From NCBI RefSeq assembly GCF_963921235.1, contig NC_086097.1:15004001-15068000 (forward strand): a stretch of 64,000 bases of DNA. The letters run 5' to 3'. The DNA is from Mobula hypostoma (Eukaryota). Below, piece by piece: positions 36,886-49,110 of the stretch. Position 1 is the stretch's first letter. Each line of letters starts with the position of its first letter. Below the pieces are notes generated by a model. It was not told the origin of the DNA. It saw only the letters and a list, made by a program, of their open reading frames with translations, and did not search any database. Made by a program: the position numbers and the translations under genes.

Positions 36886-39800
36886 TCTGTAGCACTTAGA
36901 AGAATAAAGAATACCCCATCAGAATGCAGAATTTTTTTAAAAGAACTTGACAAGAAAAATGAAGGATGATTTTTTTTCCCCCCCCCATTGATTATGGAGT
37001 CTAGATTTCAGGGACTTATGGACTACACAAGGACTGAAGTGAGAATTCTCTGCATTCAAAAGTTGTTGAAGCTGGGCACTTGTTGTTGAAGCTTATCTTG
37101 CATTGAAGCTGTATTTATTTCTAGTTTCATAAGAAAAGTTGGGACAGGTGCTAGGTTTGGAGGGACTCTTTATTTTGACTGGTTGACTGACACATTTTTA
37201 AGTCAATTTCAATAATGTTGGAGCTACCAATGGTCGCAATTAGCAAATTTTAATTTGCTTTCAAAAAATGAAAGTAAGCAACTGTACATGCTGGAAGTGT
37301 GCAATTAAAATAAAACAAAATTCTTTACAACCTCAACCAATCTGATGACATCTATTTGAAGGTCAACTATCAGATCCAAATATTGGCAGACCATTGGAGG
37401 AGTTTACTGAATCTTTGATATTTGCTTGGATAGACAAGCTGTTTTTTAGTGTCATAGCTCATGTAAACCTCTAACAGTACAAAGTCTCTGGGGCACTACT
37501 ATGAATGGGCATATTTTCAGTTTTTAAGAAATATGGGTGATTAGAAATTCATGACTATTATTTGGCTTATCAAGAGCTATGCACAACAAGCAACTGGATA
37601 AAGCTTCAAATTGTAAAGGGAATTGTCAATTCAAACTCTGTCCAGATGAGCTGTGTATCTCATTCAGGAGAACCCATGCCAGTCCTCATTGAAAGGGTGC
37701 ATAGCTTCAAATTCCTGACGTCAACTTTTCAGATGATCTGTCATGGGCCCAATACACTGATGCAGTCATGTTAGAGGCACTCCAACAGTTTTGCTTCATT
37801 AGGAGTTCGAGGAGATCCCTGCGTTCAAGTTCCTAGGTGTGACTATCACCAGTTGACTGTCCAGATCGAACCATGTTGATATCGCGGCCAAGGAAGTTCA
37901 CCAATGCTTTTACGTCCTCAGGAAGCCAAAGAAATTCGACATGCCCCTCTTGATTCTTGCCAATTTATCAATTCACCATAGAAACAATCTGTCTGAGTGC
38001 ATAAATGCTTGGTATGGCAACTGTACTGTATGCAAATGACTGCAAGAACACTGTAGAGAGAGTTATGGACACAGCTCAGCACATCACGGGAACCAGCTTG
38101 TCTTCTCAGTGCCTCAGTACAGCAGTCAGCATAATCAAAGATCCCACATGGCCCAGATCTTCTCTTCTCTTCACTCTCCCATTGGGCAGAAGATACGAAA
38201 GCCTGAAGAAGAGCTTTTATCCCTCAGATTCTTAAATAGACCTCTTGTACGATAAGATCTCACAATCTCCGTACCTCATTATGATTTTGTATTTTATCGT
38301 TCATCTACATTGCATTGTTTTCCATAGCTTTTACATTTTTTTCTGCATTGTTATTGTTTTACCTTCTGGCTCAATGTACTCTGTGATGATTTGATCTGTA
38401 TGAACAGTGAACCAATACCCATATTTGATGTGTCACCAAAGACACCTGCAAGTCTCCACAGTTGCATTACAGCCTGGTGTGGAGGCTGCAATGCACAGGG
38501 TCACAGGAGGGTTGTTAACACAACCAACTCTATCATGAGTACAGCTGTCCCCATTGTGATATTGAGGTGGTGCCCCAAGAAAGCAGCATCCATCGTTAAG
38601 GACCCATAGCATCCAGGATATCGCTACCATTAGATAGATGTAAAGGAACCTGGAAAGCCACACTCAATTGAAAACAGCTTCTTCTCCTCTGCCATCAGAT
38701 TTCCAAATTATTTCTAATTGCCACCTCATTATTCCTGGAACTATTTATTTATTTTTAAATTTTTTGTATTTTTTGCATTGTACGGCTACAAAATAAAAAA
38801 TTTCACTTAATACATGAGTGACTGACCAACGTATCAAAAAATCCATGTGCCAAGTCATAAAACAACAAAGCTTCAGAAGCAGGTGATATCTCTGCTGACA
38901 ATTACGATCAGGTTGTGAAGACCTTCAGTCATGAATGCATAATCCCATTGTCCACATCTGGAAAGTGACAATACCAGAGATCCTAAAATCATGGCTGTCT
39001 TCAAGAAGAACAACCAATTAATCTATGATAACTACAGAGACACTTTCCCACTGCCTGCTGTGAGGGAAGTCATCACCAGGTCCTCCTCAACTGCCTCATC
39101 CCCCAGTCACTGAAGACCTGCTCCCTGAATTTTACTCATTGAGAGCCAAGGACATGATGTATACCATACTGCAACTTCAACGCAAGTACATAGAGGAGCA
39201 GCTTACCGTGGCCATTTTAATTTCACTAAAACCTTTCGCTGTGCCTACTGAAAGGAAATGAACTGTACCCTCCTCATATTTAGCTGCTCACAGAAATTCA
39301 CCTCTTTCCTGTAATGGCATAAAAGCCAGGATCCTAACAGCAGGTCCACAACAGATGCAGCAGTGGTGGAGCTAATTTACAAAACTCTCACCTATGTTGC
39401 TTAGACTCCAAAAACAAAATCACTTCAGCCCCAGTTGTTGAACTGCAGTATCTGCAGTATGCTTGCATTTAAATGTGATTTGCATGTCTCAACCCCATAT
39501 TTCCAAAATCGAAACTTTGTTTAAAGCTTTAAGAGAAAATACCATTGGACCAAGGAAAGGATTGAAACTTCCTTGAAAAAAAAATGCATTGAGCCATTGA
39601 CTCCTGGATAAATATGACAGTAATAGGAATCCCTCCCTGTCCAATGAGTGCTCAAAATGTCAAAATAATCATCATGCAGAAATCTCAACTTCGTGCATTG
39701 GGAGCACATAGAAGCCCAATGTGAATGACTGAATTGGGGCACTATCTCAAAATTTACCATCATCAGTCACATCAGAACTCCTGCCCATTTGTGGTAGCGA

Positions 39801-40628
39801 CTGTTCTTCCTTTCTGGGCCTCATTGTTCAACCCATTAAACCTTTGCACACTGGTTGAACAAAAGACAAATGATCTTTCATTGATTCTATTATGGATTTA
39901 TTCTGTATGCCCACAAGAAAATGAATCTCAGAGTTGTACATGGTGACGTATGTACTTTGATAATAAATTTGCTTTGAACTTTGAACTGGAGTACATCCAA
40001 ACAACTCAGTCCCAAGGGGTTAGCTAAGAAGACTTAAGATAGTATTTCATTTTTATGAGGGATCAACCTTTTGCCATGAAAAGAATAATAAATCAGCCAT
40101 GATTGAAAGGTGGAAAAGACTCAATGGGCCAAATGGCCTATTTGTGCTTCTATCTCTTTTGGTCTTAACACTTCAAGTCTCCTTCTCCCCACCAATCTGT
40201 CACTTCTTAGCCCTGTGTAATAACATTACAGCTTTTTTCTTGTCAACTTTTCTTACTCATACCAACAAGGTGAGGGGAATAGGCTTTCAGAGCTTGAGAT
40301 CAAGGTGGGCTTGGATTTATTACAACCACTGCCTATTTTAGTACTGCTGCATAAACAAGTTTACATCTGACCTTTGTATTTGTCACAATCAGTACCCATA
40401 CCAGGCGTTGTGAACAAGTATTAATGACCACAAAAGCATAAGTGTTAAATAGTTATGAAAATCATCTGTAAGAAAAATTTAATTTGGATGAGTACAGAAT
40501 GTTTTGCAATAGTGTTTTTGACATTTCGATAATTCAAAGATAAAATCTTTTCAGTAAAGCTAGCAGAAGTGAAACAATTACAGATAACTTATCTTTTAAG
40601 CAACTGTTTACTTTTTGACTCCAGGTAA

Positions 40629-40825
40629 ATGAAGGAAAACAAAGAGAACTCCACCCTGACTGCAGCGCTGGCAAACGTGGACGTTAGGAAGCCATGCTGG
40701 TATTGGGATAAGAAGGATCTGGCACACACTCCATCCCAGTTGGAAGGACTTGATCCAGCAACAGAGGCGCGCTATCGTCGAGAGGGTGCCAGGTTTATAT
40801 TTGATGTGGGAACTCGTCTAGGGTT
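40629..40825 (+). CDS. CCNK: Cyclin K first coding exon (197 nt CDS)
   Basis: [65 protein letters not shown](L); ends at U12-type donor GTATCCTTT. Confidence 0.97.
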
Positions 40826-41913
40826 GTATCCTTTTGAATGTCCTTTTAATGCTATGTCATTGAATATAAAGATGTCAAACAGGACTGAAAGATCTCAGTA
40901 ATGAAGAAGAAAAGGTTCTGAAAGGGTAGGCAAGCCATTTGTGGTCTGAAATGCCATTTACTCCATAATTTATGTTGAACTCGAAGTTATTTAGTGTATT
41001 GTCTAGTTACTAGGTTTTATCTCCAGGCTAATGATAAACCCAGTCAAGTCTAAAAGTCCATGTCCAGTAAAGCTCTAAGAAGTTATAAAGAAAGATTGAG
41101 CAGGTTAGGACTTTATTCCTTGGAGCGTTGAAGTTTGGGGTGAGATTTGCTAGAGGTATACAAAATTATGAGAGGGTTGGATCAGGTAAATGCAAGCAGG
41201 CGTTTTGCACTGAGGGACTACAACTAGAGGTCATGTCTTCAGGGTGAAAGGTTTAAGGGAAGCTTGAAAGGAAACTTCACTCAGATAGATGTGAGCATGT
41301 GGAACAAGCTGGCAGCATAAGTGGTGCATTCGAGCTCGATTTCAACATTTAAGAGAAGTTTGGATAAGTACATGGATGGGAGAAGTATGAAAGGCAAGGG
41401 TCGCAGTGCAGGTCGATAGGAGTAGGCAGTCTAAATGGTTCAGCGCAAACTAAATGGAGCTATTCTGTGCTGTACTTTTCAATGACTACTAACTATTGCA
41501 GCTTTCATCTAATTATTAATCATAGACTCGTACAACATAAAATAGACTCTGAGGGTTGAACTCATCCATACAGCCATGACCCTATCTATACTAATTTACC
41601 CTATCATTATTATTGTTTACTTGGCTAATCAGTGTTACATTCACTGCTCTTTTTAACTTCTGTTTTAATATTCCCAATCGAAATTCAGAAATGTATAATG
41701 AATTATTTCACACTTATCCCACTCTAGAAATAAATTAAAATTTGCTGTTTTGTCCTAATAATCCCTCTTGTGAGCTGCATGCTTTGTCTGGTGTCTTTAG
41801 TCATCCTTAATTATCCTTACATGTTAATGTTGTGGCATGTGCACACTATAAACACGAGATTCTGCAGATGCTGGAAATCAGAGCAACACACAAAATGCTG
41901 GAGGAACTCAGTC

Positions 41914-44410
41914 AAAGTTCAAAATAAACGTATTATCAAAGGGCATATACGTTGCCACATACAACCTTGAGATTTAATTTCTTGCAGACATACTCAGCAA
42001 CTCCATAATAAAATAATAGCCATAATAGAATCAATGAAAGACTGCACCAACTGGACATTTAATTAGTGTGCAAAAGACAACAAACTGTACAAATACAAAA
42101 AGAAAGAAATAATGTTAATAAATAATAAATATTGAGAATATGAGATGAAGAATTCGTGAAAGTGGGTCCATAGGTTTTGGGAACATTTAAGTGATGTGGC
42201 AAATGAAGTTATCCCCTTTGGTTCAAGAACCTGGTGGTCCAGGGGTAGTAACTGTTCCTGAGCCTGATGGTGTGAGTCCTGAGACTCCTGTACATTCTTC
42301 CTGACATAACCTACGTGACGGGGGCCCCTCATGATGGCTACTGCTTTCCTGCAACAATGCTCAGTAATGAGGAGGGCTTACCCTGTGATGGACTGGGCTG
42401 TATCCACTACTTTTTTTTTTAAGATATCGCGTTCAAGGGCATTGGTGTTTCCATACGAGGTCATGATGCAACTAATCAATGCACTCTCCATCACACATCT
42501 ATAGAAGTTTGTCAAAGTTTTAGATGCCATGCTGAATCTTTGCAAACTCGTGAGGAAGTAAGGGTGTGTGCTTTTTTTCATAATTGCATTTGCAAGACAA
42601 GCCCTCTGAAATTATAACATTGAGGAATTTAAAGTTGCTGACTCTCCCCACCTCTGATCCTACAATGAGGACTGGCTCATGGACCTCTGGTTTCCTCCTC
42701 CTGAAGTCAATGATCAGCTCCTTGGTCTTGCTGATATTGAATAAGGAGTTGTTATCACACCCGGTGTTAGGTAAATTGAAGGGATTAAAGGCAGATAAAT
42801 CCCCAGGGCCAGATGGTCTGCATCCCAGAGTGCTTAAGGAAGTAGCCCAAGAAATAGTGGATGCATTAGTGATAATTTTTCAAAACTCTTTAGATTCTGG
42901 ACTAGTTCCTGAGGATTGGAGAGTGGCTAATGTAACCCCACTTTTTAAAAAAGAAGGGAGAGAGAAACCAGGGAATTATAGACCGGTTAGCCTAACATCG
43001 GTGGTGGGGAAAATGCTAGAGTCAGTTATCAAAAATGTGATAACAGCACATTTGGAAAGCGGTGAAATCATCGGACAAAGTCAGCATGGATTTGTGAAAG
43101 GAAAATCATGTCTGACGAATCTCAGAATTTTTTGGGGATGTAACTAGTAGAGTGGATAGGGGAGAACCAGTGGATGTGGTATATTTGGATTTTCAAAAGG
43201 CTTTTGACAAGGTCCCACACAGGAGATTAGTGTGCAAACTTAAAGCACACGGTATTGGGGGTAAGGTATTGATGTGGATAGAGAATTGGTTGGCAGACAG
43301 GAAGCAAAGAGTGGGAATAAACGGGACCTTTTCAGAATGGCAGGCAGTGACTAGTGGGGTACCGCAAGGCTCGGTGCTGGGACCCCAGTTGTTTACAATA
43401 TATATTAATGACTGGGATGAGGGAATTAAATGCAGCATCTCCAAGTTTGCAGATGACACGAAGCTGGGTGGCAGTGTTAGCTGTGAGGAGGATGCTAAGG
43501 GGATGCAGGGTGACTTGGATAGGTTAGATGAGTGGGCAAATACATGGCAGATGCAACTTAATGTGGATAAATGTGAGGTTATCCACTTTGGTGGCAAAAA
43601 CAGGAAAACAGATTATTATCTGAATGGTGGCCAATTAGGAAAAGGGGAGGTGCTACGAGACCTGGGTGTCATTATACACCAGTCATTGAAAGTGGACATG
43701 CAGGTACAGCAGGCGGTGAAAAAGGCGAATGGTATGCTGGCATTCATAGCAGGAGGATTCGAGTACAGGAGCAGGGAGCTACTACTGCAGTTGTACAAGG
43801 CCTTGGTGAGACCACACCTGGAGTATTGTGTGCAGTTTTGGTCCCCTAATCTGAGGAAAGACATCCTTGCCATAGAGGGAGTACAAAGAAGGTTCACCAG
43901 ATTGATTCCTGGGATGGCAGGACTTTCATATAATGAAAGACTGGATCAACTAGGCTTATACTCGTTGGAATTTAGAAGATTGAGGGGGGATCTGATTGAA
44001 ACGTATAAGATCCTAAAGGGATTGGACAGGCTAGATGCAGGAAGATTGTTCCCGATGTTGGGGAAGTCCGGAACGAGGGATCACAGTTTGAGGATAAAGG
44101 GGAAGCCTTTTAGGACTGAGATGAGGAAAAACTTCTTCACACAGAGAGTGGTGAATCTGTGGAATTCTCTGCCACAGGAAACAGTTGAGGCCAGTTCATT
44201 GGCTATACTTAAGAGGGAGTTAGATATGGCCCTTGTGGCTAAAGGGATCGGGGGTATGGAGGGAAGGCAGGTACAGGGTTCTGAGTTGGATGATCAGCCA
44301 TGATCATACTGAATGGCGGTGCAGGCTCGAAGTGCCGAATGGCCTACTCCTGCACCTATTTTCTATGTTTCTACCACTCGGCCAGATTTTCAATGTCCCT
44401 CCTATATGCT
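41914..44410 (-). mobile_element. Rex1/Babar-type LINE fragment split by CR1
   Basis: KTLTNFYRCVMESALISCIMTSYG (42378-42581); sequence resumes after the CR1 tail (CCACTCGGCCAG..., cf. 58910-58945). Confidence 0.78.
42762..44372 (+). mobile_element. Young 5'-truncated CR1 LINE, RT domain with one frameshift near 43130
   Basis: KSPGPDGLHPRVLKE...NYRPVSLTSVVGK...YLDFQKAFDKVPH...GVPQGSVLGP..F...FADDTKLGG; TTTCTATGTTTCTA tail. Confidence 0.94.
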
Positions 44411-45600
44411 GCTTGCTGGAATAAGTGCCATGAGGGAGATTAGTGAGGGGGGATGAATGGACAAGGAAATCAGAGGGAGTGAACCTGCAGAAAGCAGAGA
44501 GTGGGGGGTTAGTAAACGGGGCCTTCGGGTATCTCCACATGGTGGGGGGGGCTGAATCTTTGAGAGTGTGAGGGAGGTAAAGATGTGTTTGGTAGGGTTC
44601 CTTTGAAAATGGCGTAAGTTATGGAGCAAGATATCTTGCATGCGTGGAACTCTATCCCTGTTAAAGCAGTGAGAAGATAGAGTGAACGTGGCTGTCCAGG
44701 AAATATCCTGTTGGAGATACGGGTCAAGGTAGCGTCAATGGTGGTGGAAGGGAAACCACATCCTTTGAAGGAGGAGGACATCTCTGATGTCCTGAAAAGG
44801 AACAGGGCCAGCAGAGAGGAAGGAACTGAGAAAGGCAATAGCTTTCTTAGAGGAGGCAGAGTGGGAAGAGTTTTAGTCAAGATCGTCATGAGAATCAGTA
44901 GGTTTATAAAAGATGTTGATAGTTATATCCTGAGAGATATATAGAAAGGGGAGAGAGGAGTCAGAAATGGATTTCATTAACTTTACCTCCAACTTTCATC
45001 CTGTCTTTAAAATCACTTGGTCCATTTGTCAAGCACCTTTCTTCATCTGCAAAAAACACACTTTCCCATGGGCGAACATTTCAATTCCAATTCCCATTCC
45101 CATTTCGACATGTCGGTCCATGGCCTCCTTTACTACCGCTCTCAGTTTGGAGGAGCAATACTTCATATCCCATCTGGGTAGCCTCCAGCCAGATGGCATG
45201 AACATCAATTTCTCCAACTTCTGGTAATTTTTCTCCTCCCTCACTCTGGCCCTCCTCTTAACTCTTCACCTCACCCTGCCTATCACCTCCCCCTGGTACC
45301 CCTCCTCCTTCCCTTTCTCCTATGGTCTACTCTCCTCTCTTACCAGATTCCTCCTTCTCCAGTCCTTTACCTTTGGTACTTACCAACTTCCAGATTCTTA
45401 TTTCTTTCCTTTTCCCCCACCAGGCTGGCTTCACCTATCACCTTCGCACTTGTAATCCATCTCCTCCCCTACCTTCTTATTCGAGCATCTTCCATCTTCC
45501 TTTCCAGTCCTAATGAAGGGTCTCAGTCTGAAACATTGACTGTTTATTCCTTTCCATAAATATTGCCTGATCTGAGTTCATCCAGCATTTTGCATGTATA
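44411..45600. mobile_element. Rearranged Penelope-like retroelement (minus ORF remnant ~44411-44966, plus remnant and terminal repeat ~44967-45600)
   Basis: DFINFTSNFHPVFKITWSI (RT-like) and LEEQYFISHLGSLQPDGMNINFSNF (C-terminus typical of the GIY-YIG region); degenerate hammerhead CAGTC CTAATGA AGGGTCTCAGTCT GAAACATT GACTG at 45505-45542; inverted terminal-repeat piece at 41851-41912. Confidence 0.75.
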
Positions 45601-47351
45601 TGCACACTTTTTACCAAGGATAACATTTTACTTAACTTTAAAAAGTGTACTTACTTGCCTTTCTTCCACCCTTCCTGTTTTCAGCTGAAACTCCTGCGTC
45701 ACTGTTGTTTTTGGCTCAATGTTCACAAAGTATGGGATAGCTGTGTATTTTGAGCTGTATTTTGAGATATTGTATCACTTCTTTTTGCTTTCATCTGATT
45801 TTAATTCTTAAAGTTCAATTTTGAATTCAGTGGGTTTACAGAAGAATTCTTCAGTTCAATCTGGAATTCAAGCAACATTCGTATGTTTGACTCAAGACCA
45901 AGAAAATTAATCTCAAAGTGCATGGTGTTGTACCTAAAATGTTAACTCTGCTTCCATCCTCACAACTCGTGTCTAGCACATCTTTAGCATTTTCTGTTTG
46001 TATCATCCAATGGAATTAACTACAGTTTGAAACTTTCTAGTTCAGCATTCTGTGCACCAGTAAATATTGAATCTGTAACATAGATGTATACTAATTAGCT
46101 AATACTAACGAAGGTCTAAAAATAATTAAGATCTGTACTATTCAGTAACTATTTAACCTACCCGTGCAACTTTTTTGGTCTCAGCTGACAGTAAATGACT
46201 TACGGGAAGCCTGGGTTATGGACAATTCTCTGAACCCTCTAGCTTCCAGATTCTACAACTGTTGCTTTATACTTAAAAAGAGCAGTTCTCCTGCTCAGAG
46301 GAAGATGATTAGGGGCATTACTGTCAGTTTCTGTGGTCCTGCACTAGCCAGGTCCCAGGTGTGCTGAGCTAGATAGATTCAACGTGTCTCAGCAAAGACT
46401 GCTTTAATCTTTACCAACAAAGCTGATGGATGTTAGTTCTCCAAGCCCACATGCCATTTTTAAAGTATACGTTTGTCCTTGATTTCGCATCATAGTTTTA
46501 GGTTAACCTATTTTGAAGTACGTAAACTTTTGACTGATTCTGAACTGGTGTCATAAAGAGTTTCAAAATCTTTATGGACGAAAGGAATTTGTATAAATTT
46601 CTTGAAGATTTAGAAGTGTTTAACCTGTTGATAGTTCTCATCTATAATAATAAGTGGTTAGGTTCCATTATTTGGGATTCTGATTGGATATTTGGATAGA
46701 GCAAATAAATAAGCATGTTGCATGTATTTTCTTTTTGCAAATTAATATTCCAGATAATTTAGTCCATGAAAATGTGTTTCTACCTAGAGATACAGGCAAA
46801 GACTACTAATTAGGATGTACAGTAAAGCTCTGACATTCTAGCATGCTTGGAACTGTAGTGCTGGCCCAGCAGATTTTCCAGGCAATTGGATCTTATTCCT
46901 ACTAATACTGCAACACATTTAAATTCTTTTAGATGGTGCACAGTATTATAAATTTTCCAGTGAGCCACATAGGTTGAAAGGGGGCTTAGGAACCAGAGCC
47001 CCGATGAAATGAAGGAGAATGTGGCAAACATCATCTCGTGTTTCTGCTACTGAACCATCTGAATGGTCCAACAGTGGCTAATTACAGCTTTACTACACTG
47101 TGTCACATCGCCATGCCAACAGTGTACTCAGTTTAAAATGGCGCTCTTGGAAGAGTTAGGAATTCTGAACAGCACACCAATTGCAATGACTAAATTGCTA
47201 AATTGCTAAAAAGCATAGTCTAGGAATCAAATGAGATCTTCCTAATATGAAGAAGTACTTAGGCTGGAGGTGAGTGTTATCCAACTTAAGCTTTGACTAC
47301 AATTTTGTTGGAAACCATTACTGAATGTTTTTCCTTAACCAAAGCTGTAAG

Positions 47352-47433
47352 ACATTATGACACACTGGCTACTGGAATCATCTACTTTCATCGTTTTTAC
47401 ATGTTTCATTCCTTCAAACAATTTCCCAGATAT
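47352..47433 (+). CDS. CCNK: Cyclin K coding exon 2 (82 nt)
   Basis: [27 protein letters not shown]; donor GTAAGT at 47434. Confidence 0.97.
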
Positions 47434-47595
47434 GTAAGTACTGAACAGACCTGCTGTATAAAGTTAAACAGCTTTCAACGTTGTGATTGAAGTATCAGTA
47501 TACTGTTCTGGTGTATTTTATTTATACCAGGGGTTCCTAACCCTTTTTGTATGCCGTGGACCAATACCATTAAGCGAGGGATCTGTGGACCCCTG

Positions 47596-49110
47596 AATTG
47601 GATTGAATTGACTTTATTTCTTACATCCTTCACACACATGAGTAAAAATCCCTACGTTACGCCTCTGTCTAAATGTGCAATCTATAGTAATTTGTAATAA
47701 ATAGTATGTACAACAGGACAGTCAATATAACATAGAAATACAATTGTATCAGTGTGAATTAATGAATCTGATAGCGTCGTGGAAGAAGCTGTCCTGGAGC
47801 CTGTTGGTCCTGGCTTTAATGCTGCGGTAACAGTTTCCTGGATGGTAGCAGCTGGAACAGTTAGTGGTTGAGGTGACTCGAGTCCCCAATGATCCTTCAT
47901 GCCTTTTTTATGCACCTGTCTCTGTAAGTATCCTGAATAGTGGGATGTTCATATTTACAGATGCCCTGAACTGTCTGCACCACTCTGCAGAGTCCTGTGA
48001 TTAAGAGAGGTACAGTTTCCATACCGGGCAGTGATTCAGCCAGTCAGAATGCTCTCAAATGTGCCCCTGTAGAAAGTTCTTAGGATTTGGGGATCATGCC
48101 AGACTACTTCAATCATCTGAGGTGAAAGAGGTGCTGCTGTGCCTTTTTCACCATACAGCTGGTACGTACAGACCAAGTGAGATTCTCACTGATGTGTATG
48201 CCGTGGAACTTAAAGCTGTTCACCCTCTCAACCCCAGATCCATTGATATTAATAGGTGTTAGCCTGTCTCCATTCCTCCTGTAGTCCACAACCAGCTCCT
48301 TTGTTTTTACGACATTGAGGGAGAGGCTGTTCTCTTGACACCACTGTGTAGGGTGATGACTTCCTCTCTGTGGACTGCCTCGTTATTATTTGATATAAGG
48401 CCAATCAATGTAGTATTGTCAGCAAATTTAATTAGCAGATTGGAGCTGTAGGTGCTGACACCGTCATGGGTATACAGAGAATAAAAGAGGGAGCTTAGCA
48501 CACAGCCATGAGGGGCACCTGTATTGAGAGTCAGAGGGGCAGAGGTGAGGGAGTCCACTCTTACCACCTGCCAGCGATCTGACAGGAAGTCCGGGATCCA
48601 GCTGCACAAGGCAGGGTGAAGACCAAGGTCTCTGAGCTTCTTGTCAAGCCTAGAGGGAATTATGGTGTTGAATGCTGAACTGTAGTCCAAGAACAGCATT
48701 CTCACACAAGCATCCTTCTCCAGATGTGTAAAGATGGTGTGTAGAGCTGTGGCTATTGCGTCATCTGTTGATCAATTGTGTTGGTAGGTGAAATATAGGG
48801 GGTCCAGTGTGGGTGGTAGCGAGCTGCAGATGTAGTCCTTGACCAGCCTCTCAAAGCATTTGCTTATTACTGAGGTGAGTGTAACAGGGCGGCAGAAGTT
48901 CAGACATGTTACCTTGGTCTTAGGTACAGGAACAATGGTGGGTGTTTTGAAGGAGGGTACCCTACACTGGGAGAGGGAGGGATTAAAAATGTCTGTAAAC
49001 ACATCTGCCAGTTGTGCCGTGCACATCCCGAGTACCCAACCTGGGGTGCCGTCCGGTCCCGCAGCCTTGTCCACTCGTTGGAAACACCTGTGTACTTCAG
49101 CCTCAGATGA
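47596..49110 (-). mobile_element. Rex1/Babar-type LINE, decayed RT
   Basis: KAAGPDG...[33 protein letters not shown]...[21 protein letters not shown]; tail TGAATTGGATTGAATTGA. Confidence 0.9.

Larger units (their letters stand above)
40826..47351 (+). other. CCNK: U12-type (minor spliceosome) GT-AG intron of CCNK, 6526 nt
   Basis: 5' splice site GTATCCTTTT at 40826; branch point TTCCTTAAC at 47331-47339; AG at 47350-47351 with no polypyrimidine tract; splicing restores G-L-H-Y-D. Confidence 0.95.

Noticed and set aside
10990..39985. Recurring CCCACAAGAAAATGAATCTCAG...GATAATAAA block as an array or ncRNA
   Set aside because: Dispersed, irregularly spaced 3' tails of Rex1-type LINEs (~10990, 21290, 31240, 39910); not CRISPR-like.
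40826..40901. C-terminal part of ORF 40629-40901 as coding
   Set aside because: Read-through past the U12 donor; cyclin K similarity stops at 40825 and resumes at 47352.
43152..44303. Longest ORF (383 aa) as a host gene or novel RT system
   Set aside because: Standard CR1 ORF2 fragment, 5'-truncated and frameshifted upstream, with a LINE tail, inside an intron.
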